A stretch of 32,436 nt of DNA from an uncultured Treponemataceae bacterium (GCA_964571545.1 CAZNCK010000005.1:565-33000); one strand, 5' to 3'; numbered from the stretch's first letter, positions 7,127 through 16,021 are shown. Notes: generated by a model not told the origin, from the sequence alone. Made by a program: numbers and translations.

Positions 7127-8665
7127 ATGAACGACGATAAGATGATAACCCAGCACGATATCGACTCAGCTTCGGTTAGACTGAGGCCTATACTGGGCGT
7201 GCCTCCCAGACAGTACCTGCCCCTGATGTATGGCGTCGCCATTCTGGCCGTCGCTTTTTTTACCCTTGTGTATCCAAGTATCAAGCAACCCGGAGCAACC
7301 TGGTCTTTTACTGTGGATCCGCCTGGAGCGGCAGTTTACGTAGATGGAGCCTATCGCGGATACGCGCCTTGTTCTGTTTTCATCGGCTCTGGAGAACATG
7401 TCGTTACCATCGCGAGACCAGGGTTTCAACCCTACAAGCAGCCTTTAATCAGCAAAGGCCGGTTATTCGGGACATTGCTCGTCAAAGCGCGCGCTGAGCT
7501 CGCCATTTCGCTGGATCCGTTACCAGGCTCATTTATCCTCGAAGAAGGAGTCCGCCGTTTTGCTGCGTGGGCCTTGTCGGGCTCTCCTAGCGAAGCCTAT
7601 CAGATACCGATGGTGCTGTCCGATGCAGCGAGGGCCGCATCCATGACTCCCGAATCTGTTAACGCGGACGGTTTAGCCGGAGCCGCTACATCCTACTCCT
7701 TGCATGCCCAGTCATTCCGCGATGGCATTCGTGCCGTGACAATAGCCTACGGACAATCCGCGGCCCTTACTCCTGTATCGCTCGCGCGATTGGTTTCGAA
7801 ACTTGGCCAGGAGCTTCGCGACGATCCGTCAATGCTGACCGGACTGGCCGCTTTCACACCCGCGCCGCTGCGGACCAAGCTCGAATCAATGCAGGCCTAC
7901 CGCGCCGTTATAGCAGGCATAGACGCCGCCACGGTCGTACCGCTAAACACAGGCCCAGCGTCAATAGTCTCAGGGCAGGAATTCATAGCGCTGAAAGAAG
8001 GTAACGCCGCCATCAAGACTGGTAGCGCTCTATCCGCCGTTGTTCCTGTAGCGTCGTTCCTCCTGGCAAGTTCAGAAACAACGGTAGGCCAGTTCGGGCG
8101 CTTCATCGAGGCTCATCCCGAATGGGCACCTGCGGCCGCCGCTGTCTTGGTCTCAAAGGGCCTCGCGGAAGACGATTACCTCACAGGGTATGGAGACTCG
8201 AAGGCCGATGAAGTGCTTACCTACGTTTCCAAGCCCGCAGCGCTCGCCTATTGCGCCTGGCTGACTGAAACGGCACCGGCGGGTTATCGCTTCACCCTGC
8301 CGAGCGAAGCCGAGTGGGCATATGCAGCCTCTATGAGTGATGCATCCGCGGGACGTAATGCTATTTTCTCCGATCTCGGAGCCAGCGGTCCATTGGACCC
8401 GAATACGCTTCCTCGCGACACTGCCGGGTTCAAAGGATTGCTTGGCAATGTCTGGGAGTGGTGCGCAGATTCATACTCCTCAAATCCAGCAAGTGGACGC
8501 ACCGGCAGGATACGGTTCCCTTCTATCGAATCGGTAGTTCGCGGAGGTTCTTGGGCCAATCGCTCCGATCTGGTCAGTCTCGCTTCGCGCGGCCCCATGC
8601 AGGAATCAGAGTGCTCTGCCTACGTGGGCTTCAGAGTCGCGCTTGTAGCTGAAACGGGGCAATGA
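7127..8665 (+). CDS. Membrane-anchored PEGA + FGE-sulfatase (SUMF1-like) domain protein
   Basis: One TM segment (LMYGVAILAVAFFTLV), a PEGA motif (VDPPGAAVYVDGAYRGYAP...GEHVVTIARPGF) and FGE motifs ETTVGQF, LPSEAEWAYAA, LGNVWEW, RGGSW and GFRV. The ORF-track start at 6701 lies inside lepB and is rejected. Confidence 0.88.
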   Translation: MNDDKMITQHDIDSASVRLRPILGVPPRQYLPLMYGVAILAVAFFTLVYPSIKQPGATWSFTVDPPGAAVYVDGAYRGYAPCSVFIGSGEHVVTIARPGFQPYKQPLISKGRLFGTLLVKARAELAISLDPLPGSFILEEGVRRFAAWALSGSPSEAYQIPMVLSDAARAASMTPESVNADGLAGAATSYSLHAQSFRDGIRAVTIAYGQSAALTPVSLARLVSKLGQELRDDPSMLTGLAAFTPAPLRTKLESMQAYRAVIAGIDAATVVPLNTGPASIVSGQEFIALKEGNAAIKTGSALSAVVPVASFLLASSETTVGQFGRFIEAHPEWAPAAAAVLVSKGLAEDDYLTGYGDSKADEVLTYVSKPAALAYCAWLTETAPAGYRFTLPSEAEWAYAASMSDASAGRNAIFSDLGASGPLDPNTLPRDTAGFKGLLGNVWEWCADSYSSNPASGRTGRIRFPSIESVVRGGSWANRSDLVSLASRGPMQESECSAYVGFRVALVAETGQ

Positions 8666-9123
8666 TGGACGGAGTCAAGATCATCGCGCTCAACAGACGG
8701 GCGCATTTCGATTATACTGTTGAAGAAACGCTGGAATGCGGAGTAAGCCTGCTCGGGTCGGAGGTCAAATCCCTGCGCATCGGCAAGGTGTCCTTCCCCG
8801 ACGGATACGCGGCCTTTGAAAAAGGTGAACTGTGGTTGAAAAATGTACACATCGCCGAATACACCTGCAGCTCTATTTTTAACCATGATCCGGACAGGCC
8901 AAAGAAGCTTCTTGCCCATGCCCAGGAACTCAAACGACTCGAGCGGAGGGTCAATGAAAAGGGTTACACCCTTGTTCCGCTCGATTTTCACTTCAGGAAG
9001 GGACGCGTCAAGGTGGAGCTAGGGCTTTGCAGAGGCAAGAAATACTCGGACAAGCGCGAATCAATAAAAGAACGCGATGTGATGCGGGACATTCAACGCG
9101 AATTCCGCGACAGGCAAGGCTGA
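8662..9123 (+). CDS. smpB: SsrA-binding protein
   Basis: NRRAHFDY, LLGSEVKSLR, NHDPDRPKKLL, GYTLVPL and GKKYSDKRE motifs. Confidence 0.97.
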   Translation: MMDGVKIIALNRRAHFDYTVEETLECGVSLLGSEVKSLRIGKVSFPDGYAAFEKGELWLKNVHIAEYTCSSIFNHDPDRPKKLLAHAQELKRLERRVNEKGYTLVPLDFHFRKGRVKVELGLCRGKKYSDKRESIKERDVMRDIQREFRDRQG

Positions 9124-9137
9124 TCGTGGGGGGCGGA

Positions 9138-9680
9138 TTGCGCATCACTGGCGGCACACTCAAAGGACGTCGGATAGAGGTACCCAAAGGCGATTTCGAG
9201 ATCCGTCCGGCTATGGACAGGATGAGGGAATCGCTTTTCTCCATACTTGGATCGCTTGCGGGACGGTCATTTCTTGACCTGTTCTCGGGGTCTGGTATCA
9301 TAGCGCTTGAAGCGGCAAGCCGCGGCGCATCGCCAATCGCCTGTGTTGAGCGAGATCGCGCCAAGCTAGGCCTTTTGATCCAGAATGTGTCCATCGCGCC
9401 GACGCGCATTGATTGCCATTGCGTGCCGGTCGAACGTTTTGTACTTCGTTGTGAAAAGTCATATTCCGTCGTGTTCTGTGATCCGCCTTTCCCCTATGCT
9501 CACAAATCCGACCTCGTCAGATCGATCGCAGAAAAAGGCCTCGTGGAACCGGGTGGACTCCTTCTCATACACTACCCTTCAGAGGAAACACTGCCACCGT
9601 CGCACGGATTGCTAGTAATGACTGATGAACGGGAATACGGACGTTCAGTAGTCCGCTTCTACACACGGACTCTGGAATGA
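9138..9680 (+). CDS. rsmD: 16S rRNA (guanine966-N2)-methyltransferase
   Basis: (M)RITGGTLKGR, IRPAMDRMRESLF, LDLFSGSG, EAASRGA and DPPF motifs. TTG start at 9138 follows a G-rich SD. Confidence 0.92.
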   Translation: MRITGGTLKGRRIEVPKGDFEIRPAMDRMRESLFSILGSLAGRSFLDLFSGSGIIALEAASRGASPIACVERDRAKLGLLIQNVSIAPTRIDCHCVPVERFVLRCEKSYSVVFCDPPFPYAHKSDLVRSIAEKGLVEPGGLLLIHYPSEETLPPSHGLLVMTDEREYGRSVVRFYTRTLE

Positions 9681-9691
9681 GCATTTCAGAT

Positions 9692-9862
9692 TTAGCGATC
9701 CAGCGTTCTGATGAGCTGAATCAATCGAGCATCAAGGGCATCGGTCGTGGTAGCAAACGAACACAATGGTGGGGCTTCGCTTTCTATTGAAGCCCAAAGA
9801 ACCGCACTGTCATCCTCGTTCATACGATCGACTGGTTCCAGAGTAAGTTCTAGGTATCGCAT
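9692..9862 (-). CDS. Small hypothetical protein (56 aa)
   Basis: The ORF fills the intergenic gap and has SD GGGAG upstream of ATG 9862. No recognisable motif. Confidence 0.45.
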   Translation of the reverse strand: MRYLELTLEPVDRMNEDDSAVLWASIESEAPPLCSFATTTDALDARLIQLIRTLDR

Positions 9863-9991
9863 GGGGCTCTCCCATATCGGAGGCACCGCCTGGTTGACCC
9901 CGATTAGCGTGTTATTATTTGAAAAAAGTCATTTATAGTGGTTTCCTATACCATTAAAAATGGCAGGCGTAGCGCCGAGAACGGAGTCCCT

Positions 9992-10330
9992 ATGGACGAG
10001 ACGATATTCCAGAATTTTCCTGACGGCGGCCTCATCAAGACCGTCGACGAGCCCAATGGAGATCTATCGTCTGAACAGAAGGCTCAGTTGAATCGTCGCG
10101 GGAATGCTATTTTCAATACAGGCGATATTGAAACAGCTCGACGTATATTCCAGACGACAGGTTATTCCGACGGCCTTATGCGCGTAGGTGAATCATATAT
10201 GCGTGCCGGCCAGCCAGTAGATGCACTCAAAATGTTCAAGCTGTCACACGATCAATTGAGAAGCGCGGAATTGGTGGAGCGTGCGGCGCAAGCTATACGT
10301 AAGATGCTTACCGAGAAGGAAAAAGTATGA
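9992..10330 (+). CDS. Small TPR-like helical hypothetical protein
   Basis: SD GGAG before ATG 9992, TPR-like segment LNRRGNAIFNTGDIETARRIF, and ATGA overlap with the next gene. Confidence 0.8.
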   Translation: MDETIFQNFPDGGLIKTVDEPNGDLSSEQKAQLNRRGNAIFNTGDIETARRIFQTTGYSDGLMRVGESYMRAGQPVDALKMFKLSHDQLRSAELVERAAQAIRKMLTEKEKV

Positions 10331-11472
10331 GTGATAATTTCAATCAAGACGAAACACACGAGTTCGACGATGGAAGCGGCACCCAGCAAAACGACGAGCT
10401 CATGGAAATTGCTGAACTATCCAAAAAAGGATACCAGTTTCTCAAGGAGAATCGTGTCGGCGATGCCGAGCGAAACTTTAAAAAAATCCTAGAGAATGAT
10501 CCTGAGAATAATTATGCCCTGGTCGGACTTGGCGACGCTGCCCGTAAACGTGCGGCGCACCGTGACGCTGTCGATTTTTACAAGAAATGCCTAATATACC
10601 ATCCAGGAAATAATTACGCGCTCTTTGGCCTCGCCGACTGTTACAAGGCTCTCAACCAGTACCAGAAGGCCATTGAGATATGGGAGCAATATCTGCTCCA
10701 TGACAACAAGAATATAACGGTGCTTACAAGAATAGCGGATGCGTATCGAAAGGTCCGTGATTTCAGGAAGTCAAAGGCTATTTACCTTCGAGTGCTGGAA
10801 ATGGAATTCGACAATCCCTATGCTCTTATCGGCCTTGGGCACTTGCATTATGACTTCAAGGAATATCGCGACGCGCTCCATTATTGGCAGCGCATGGTCG
10901 ACGCTCAAGGCGACCTCGTAGATATCAGGGTCCTCACCTCCATTGGTAACTGCTATCGCAAACTCAAGCAATTTGACCTCGGCGTTCCCTACTTTGAGAA
11001 AGCGCTCGGCAAGGAAGCGGATAATTTCTATGCCTTGTTCGGCCTCGCCGATTGCTATCGCGGCATTGGCGAGCCGCAACGCTCACTTGATTACTGGAAT
11101 CACATCCTGGACAAGGATCCTCGAAACAAGGTCATTCTGACTCGCGCCGGCGATGCCTATCGCAGTATGGATCGTTACGAAGAGGCGGCAGACTATTACG
11201 AGAGGGCCTTGAATATTGAATTCGATGTATACGCGGTACTAGGCCTCGCAACTATTTCACGCATGCAGGGAAAAGTCCAGGCTGCCATAGAATCGCTCAA
11301 AAGACTTGTGCAGAATGATGCTAAAAATTACCGTCTGCACCTTGAATTAGCACAATGCTACCTGGCAACCGGAGAACGACGGAAGGCTGAAGAAACTCTT
11401 CAGGACTTCATGAGACTCGGCATTCGCAACCCGCATATCCAGGAATTGATGTCCAAGATTCAGAATCAGTGA
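10327..11472 (+). CDS. Tetratricopeptide repeat protein
   Basis: About ten ~34-aa TPR units with recurring NNYALxGLxD and NxxVLTRxxDAYR. Confidence 0.92.
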   Translation: MSDNFNQDETHEFDDGSGTQQNDELMEIAELSKKGYQFLKENRVGDAERNFKKILENDPENNYALVGLGDAARKRAAHRDAVDFYKKCLIYHPGNNYALFGLADCYKALNQYQKAIEIWEQYLLHDNKNITVLTRIADAYRKVRDFRKSKAIYLRVLEMEFDNPYALIGLGHLHYDFKEYRDALHYWQRMVDAQGDLVDIRVLTSIGNCYRKLKQFDLGVPYFEKALGKEADNFYALFGLADCYRGIGEPQRSLDYWNHILDKDPRNKVILTRAGDAYRSMDRYEEAADYYERALNIEFDVYAVLGLATISRMQGKVQAAIESLKRLVQNDAKNYRLHLELAQCYLATGERRKAEETLQDFMRLGIRNPHIQELMSKIQNQ

Positions 11473-12530
11473 ACAACGAATCGACCAGCCGTGCTGTTGC
11501 CGCCGCCGGATTGCTTCCGGAAGAGCTTACCGTAGCCCTGTCGCTCCGACCGGCCTTCCGGGGCCGACAGGTGTTCCGTTGGATCGCAAGCGGCGCGGCG
11601 TCCTTCGCCGACATGACCGATCTTCCTGCCTTGGATCGAGAGAGACTCTCTATCATACCTCTGTACTCATCCACCGTTGATGCCTCCGTAGCTTCTGATG
11701 ATGGCTCGGTTAAACTCAAGATCCGCCTGTCTGACGGCGCAGCCATCGAGTCGGTTTTGCTTACCGATGCCGAAGGTCGCATGACAGCCTGCCTTTCCAC
11801 ACAGGTGGGGTGTCCCATGGCCTGCGCGTTCTGCAAGACCGGCACGCTGGGATTCTTGCGCAACCTTGGTCCGGATGAAATGGTGGAACAGTACCTACAT
11901 CTCGCGGTCCTTCGCGGGAAACCCTCCAACATCGTATTCATGGGCATGGGCGAACCATTGATCAACCTCGAAGCGCTCAGGAAAGCCATAACCATTTTTA
12001 CCCACCCTGATGGTTCTGCTATTTCCCGCCGTAAAATTACCATATCTACTTGCGGCATAGCGCCAGCGATTCGGGATTTGGCCGACAATGGCCCGCACGT
12101 GCGACTAGCCGTGTCTCTAACCGCGGCGACTGATGTGCTTAGGAGTGCGCTGATGCCCGTGAATCGCACGTGGAATTTGGCCTCACTCAAAGACGCGCTC
12201 CTCTACTATCAGCAGAAAACGGGAGACAGAATAACTCTGGAGGCGGCTATCATGGGGGGTGAGAATTCCAGCGTGGCCAGCGCCTCAGCGATGGCTGACT
12301 GGATACAGCCCTTGAACGTACAGGTCAATGTAATACCGTGGAACCCCGTCCCGGGCCTCCCCTATCGCGAACCTGAACGCGGAGAGGCTGCGGCGTTCGA
12401 AGCTGAACTCGTTCGTCGTGGCGTCAATGCCATACGACGAGCGCGCCGCGGGCGAGGCGTCTCAGGCGCCTGCGGCCAGCTTGGCGATACTCTCGGCGCC
12501 GAATTCGACATGCTTCCCGAGGACGATTAG
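11469..12530 (+). CDS. rlmN: Dual-specificity RNA methyltransferase RlmN
   Basis: CLSTQVGCPMACAFCKTG, RNL, MGMGEP, ITISTCG and C-terminal ACGQL motifs. Confidence 0.95.
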   Translation: MNNESTSRAVAAAGLLPEELTVALSLRPAFRGRQVFRWIASGAASFADMTDLPALDRERLSIIPLYSSTVDASVASDDGSVKLKIRLSDGAAIESVLLTDAEGRMTACLSTQVGCPMACAFCKTGTLGFLRNLGPDEMVEQYLHLAVLRGKPSNIVFMGMGEPLINLEALRKAITIFTHPDGSAISRRKITISTCGIAPAIRDLADNGPHVRLAVSLTAATDVLRSALMPVNRTWNLASLKDALLYYQQKTGDRITLEAAIMGGENSSVASASAMADWIQPLNVQVNVIPWNPVPGLPYREPERGEAAAFEAELVRRGVNAIRRARRGRGVSGACGQLGDTLGAEFDMLPEDD

Positions 12531-13681
12531 CGATTTCCCAACCTTGACAGCTTCTGCATAAGCCGTTGAACGCGACGCAGAGCCCTATCGCGCAACGCTC
12601 CTTTTGCGTTTACCCCCGCTTGTCGCGCCAGTCGTATCGATTCATCAATATCACCACATATCCTCTCTGCGTACACAGATTTGGAGAAAAGGCCGGAAGG
12701 GTCGTCAGGAAGCATCGGGACTAGCTCGGTCCGTTCTTTCAACCGCAACTGTTTGCCGTATAATTTCATGAGCGGCCTCGCCGCCCCCGTGATGCCTGCG
12801 CACAAAGCAGTGACGAGGGTTTGCTCGGCGAGGGTTTCATCAATACGGGACTGAAGTTCCGCCAAGCCAACAGGATCACATTTCAACGCGGACATTGAAC
12901 CGTTGGCCGTGTTATGGATCAACAGAAACAACGCGGCAAGCGATCGAACGTCAAGTTCGTTATGCAGAAAAACCCTTTCAAGCCGTTTTGTTCTGCCGAA
13001 TTTTAGATACTCAAACCAGACTTCAGGAACCTCTGAACCGGGAAGGTCATCTCCGCGCCTGATGCCCAGAATTTCAGCCTCCAGATTGCCCAACGCGCAA
13101 TTCCCTATAGTTCGGCGCCATAGCCTTCTTGCGGCGTGCAATGCGTCGATATGCAGCACGGGTGCAGGCGGTCCGAGTTCGTTCATCGTGCGGCGAACGG
13201 AGTACAGGGGCATATCGAACGAGGAACCATTATAGGTGACTACGGCGGCGGCTTTTGTAAATTCGACCGCCAGACTTTGTAGGAAGTCCAGTTCCGACGG
13301 GTAATCATCTATAAAGTATTGGCGCACCGACAGTGTTCCGTCATGCCTGAAATTACCGAAAGCTGCCAGAAATGCGACTGTGCCGGCCCCCCCCGACAAG
13401 CCGGTTGTCTCAAGATCAAAAAAAACGATATTTCCTAAGGAAACCTCAACTAGATCCAGCCGACCAGAGAAGAGGTTCAATCGGATTCGGGCGGCGGGAT
13501 CTAGGTCGCTGGAAAAAGAAAGTGTTTCCTTGAATCTGAGGCCCTCGCGCAAAATGGACCAGCCAGCGGGAAAACAAATTCGCTCGGCTTGATGGATTGA
13601 CTTGGGGTCTCTTTTTTTGCCGTTCCGGTTTTCGGGGTTTTCACGGATACGGGAAAGCCTAGCGCGCAGGTTGCCGGACAC
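12527..13681 (-). CDS. DEDD-family exonuclease, RNase_H_2 domain (YprB/MrfB-like)
   Basis: FFDLETTGLSGGAG (ExoI), YNGSSFD (ExoII), HIDALHAARRLW and HNELDV (ExoIII), with a helical C-terminus. GTG start 3 nt after the helicase stop, with SD GGAGG. Confidence 0.88.
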   Translation of the reverse strand: MSGNLRARLSRIRENPENRNGKKRDPKSIHQAERICFPAGWSILREGLRFKETLSFSSDLDPAARIRLNLFSGRLDLVEVSLGNIVFFDLETTGLSGGAGTVAFLAAFGNFRHDGTLSVRQYFIDDYPSELDFLQSLAVEFTKAAAVVTYNGSSFDMPLYSVRRTMNELGPPAPVLHIDALHAARRLWRRTIGNCALGNLEAEILGIRRGDDLPGSEVPEVWFEYLKFGRTKRLERVFLHNELDVRSLAALFLLIHNTANGSMSALKCDPVGLAELQSRIDETLAEQTLVTALCAGITGAARPLMKLYGKQLRLKERTELVPMLPDDPSGLFSKSVYAERICGDIDESIRLARQAGVNAKGALRDRALRRVQRLMQKLSRLGNR

Positions 13682-13684
13682 GGT

Positions 13685-16012
13685 TTACCGCGCCTCCCCA
13701 CCATTCCGGCCGAGGCCCCTGATCGTAGCAGTAACTAGCGAAGCGGTTCCTGCTTTCCTGCGCTTCACTGTTGAAAACGCCTCAGGTGCCACCCCGATGC
13801 AAGAAGGACAGCCATCCACACAATCACATGCAGAAAGACGTTCAGCGGCTGCTTCGAGCACAGAACCCAATGAGTGCGACAGCGCTTCGACGAGGCCTGT
13901 TCCACCTGGATATTGATCCCAGACATAGATTGCAGGCACCCCGTAATGGTCATCCCGGACACGCCAGGTAGCCCCCAGGTCAGAACGGTCACATAAGAGT
14001 TCTATCGGAGCCAGAGCGCGAATAATGCTGCAGAAGGCGGCCAACGAGGCTGCCCGTTCGAGTTCCGCCATTGGCCGTAGAATGGCCCCAGGTTCGGCGG
14101 ATTCAGGAAACAGTACCGCAAGCGTCCTGGTCTGCATCTCTTCTGGAGGAAGATAAATTTCTCCATACCCGATATTCTCGTTGGTATGAAAGCGCAACTT
14201 CTTGAATTTCTCGGCGCTGGAACGAACAAGAAGATCCCCGACGACGATGGGCAGGGCATCTGTACCGAGGTGCTCATCCTCGGACAGCACTTTGATGTCA
14301 TTTTTTACTATGGCGTCGGTATAATAATTCGTCTCGCGTTCCTCTACGAGGCACTGGCGGTTTTCTATATCAAGCTTTAGCACTATGAATTGCTTGCCAC
14401 GGTGTATGTAGACAGCATCATCAAATACGAGCTCTTTGGCGCTCGGCCTGTCCATCTCGCCAATTACCTCATTAGCCCCGTTTGTTGTATTGATGATTAC
14501 GACATTGTCGGCAGTAGCTGACCTGAGTGAAATTTTCTCCGCGGGATAGCCTGAATCCGACCAATACCAGCGCCCTCCAGTGTTCCGTACTGTTCCTTCC
14601 TCTTCGAGGAATCCCAGTACGGCCTCAGGATCGGAACCAAAGGATTCACCTTTCTTGAATGGCAACTCAAAAGCGGCGCATTTGATATGATCTGTGTAAA
14701 TATACGGATTGTCAGGATCTATTCTGGCGTTCTCTGCCGTTGCGTTGAAAAAACGATCCGGATGCTCTATGAGGTATTGGTCGACTGGTGAACTCGTGGC
14801 TACGTATACTGCCATTGAGGACCCTTTACGCCGACCGGCCCTACCCGCTTGTTGCCAGAACGAGGCTAGACTGCCTGGCCAGCCTGAAATAACGGCGGCG
14901 GCAAGCCCGCCTATATCGATACCCAGTTCGAGCGCGTTGGTTGAAACGACGCCGTGAATGCTGCCGTCCCGTAGGCCTCGCTCTATCTGCCTCCGCTCAT
15001 TGGGCAGGAGCCCCGAACGGTAGGGCTCCACCCTGATCCGACTGTTTTCGGTGAAGATATTTTCGAAACGCTTGTTCAGGTATGCTGCCAAAATCTCAAC
15101 TTTGAGGCGTGATCGGGCAAAGAGTATGGTCCTGACTCCGGAAGCCAGGAACAGTGCGGCGATAGCCATGGCTTCATCTGCTGAACTCTTGCGAATTCCT
15201 TGTACCGCATCGACGACTGGCGGGTTATAGAAAATCACGACTTTTTCTGCATGTGGGGCGCCATTCTCGGTAATCGCGCGGACGGGTCTGCCAATCAGAG
15301 CTTCGGCCAACTCCGAGGGATTGCCTATTGTCGCAGAGCACAAGATAAAACGCGGTGTAGAGCCGTAGTACGCGGCAACGCGGAGAAGGCGTCGGAATAC
15401 ATTAGCTACGTGGCTCCCGAAGACGCCCCTGTACGAATGCATCTCGTCAACGACAATGTAACGAAGTCCCGTAAAAAATTTTATCCATTTAGCGTGATTT
15501 GGAAGAACGCCGGAATGGAGCATGTCGGGGTTGCTGATGACAATGCGGCCTGAGTCCCGCGCTACTTTTCTGGTAGACTGGGGCGTGTCACCGTCATACG
15601 TCGCGGCTTTAAGGGGAAGGCTTCCCGCTTCGATGAGCGCGTTGAGCTCGGCCTGTTGGTCCTGGGACAGCGCTTTTGTCGGGAACAAATACAGAGCTCT
15701 GGCATCAGGGTCGGCAAGAAGCGCCTGAGTCACTGGCAGATTGTAGCACAGGGTCTTACCACTGGCTGTTGGCGTCACAACGACAAAATCGTCGCCCGCC
15801 TCAGCGCTATCCCAAGCAGTTCGCTGATGGCTGTAGAGGCTTTCGATACCGCGACCCGCGAGCGCCGTTTTCAAGCGAGGATCGAGGTTGGGTGGAAGGC
15901 TGGCGAAACGCGCGGGCGCCGCCGAAATGTGTTTCACGCTCGATATATGAGGCGCAAAATCAGGGTTGCTTAAAAAATCTGTTAAGGGATCTCTGGTATC
16001 GATGGTATTCAT
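13685..16012 (-). CDS. DEAD/DEAH-box helicase with C-terminal DUF1998 (YprA/MrfA/Hrq1-like)
   Basis: LYSHQ, TPTASGKT, FPTKALSQDQ, YDGDT, DEMH, SATIGNP, ALELGIDIG, QQAGRAGR, DQYPGGTG and CDCVDGCPSC. Start is ATG 16012 (ORF track gives 16072). Confidence 0.92.
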   Translation of the reverse strand: MNTIDTRDPLTDFLSNPDFAPHISSVKHISAAPARFASLPPNLDPRLKTALAGRGIESLYSHQRTAWDSAEAGDDFVVVTPTASGKTLCYNLPVTQALLADPDARALYLFPTKALSQDQQAELNALIEAGSLPLKAATYDGDTPQSTRKVARDSGRIVISNPDMLHSGVLPNHAKWIKFFTGLRYIVVDEMHSYRGVFGSHVANVFRRLLRVAAYYGSTPRFILCSATIGNPSELAEALIGRPVRAITENGAPHAEKVVIFYNPPVVDAVQGIRKSSADEAMAIAALFLASGVRTILFARSRLKVEILAAYLNKRFENIFTENSRIRVEPYRSGLLPNERRQIERGLRDGSIHGVVSTNALELGIDIGGLAAAVISGWPGSLASFWQQAGRAGRRKGSSMAVYVATSSPVDQYLIEHPDRFFNATAENARIDPDNPYIYTDHIKCAAFELPFKKGESFGSDPEAVLGFLEEEGTVRNTGGRWYWSDSGYPAEKISLRSATADNVVIINTTNGANEVIGEMDRPSAKELVFDDAVYIHRGKQFIVLKLDIENRQCLVEERETNYYTDAIVKNDIKVLSEDEHLGTDALPIVVGDLLVRSSAEKFKKLRFHTNENIGYGEIYLPPEEMQTRTLAVLFPESAEPGAILRPMAELERAASLAAFCSIIRALAPIELLCDRSDLGATWRVRDDHYGVPAIYVWDQYPGGTGLVEALSHSLGSVLEAAAERLSACDCVDGCPSCIGVAPEAFSTVKRRKAGTASLVTATIRGLGRNGGEAR

Positions 16013-16021
16013 GGCTATACT

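Noticed and set aside
8500-8665. FGE/CLec C-terminus as a diversity-generating retroelement variable region
   Set aside because: No template repeat, reverse transcriptase or avd gene in the window, and the gene sits in a housekeeping context.
9027-9137. Long smpB/rsmD overlap or a frameshift fusion
   Set aside because: RsmD homology begins at (M)RITGG with TTG 9138, after the smpB stop.
8662-9700. tmRNA (ssrA) next to smpB
   Set aside because: No intergenic space and no tRNA-like ends are visible.
12527-16012. DISARM or Druantia-type defence island
   Set aside because: Helicase and DUF1998 are fused and paired only with a YprB-like nuclease; there are no methylase, PLD, SNF2 or mobility genes.
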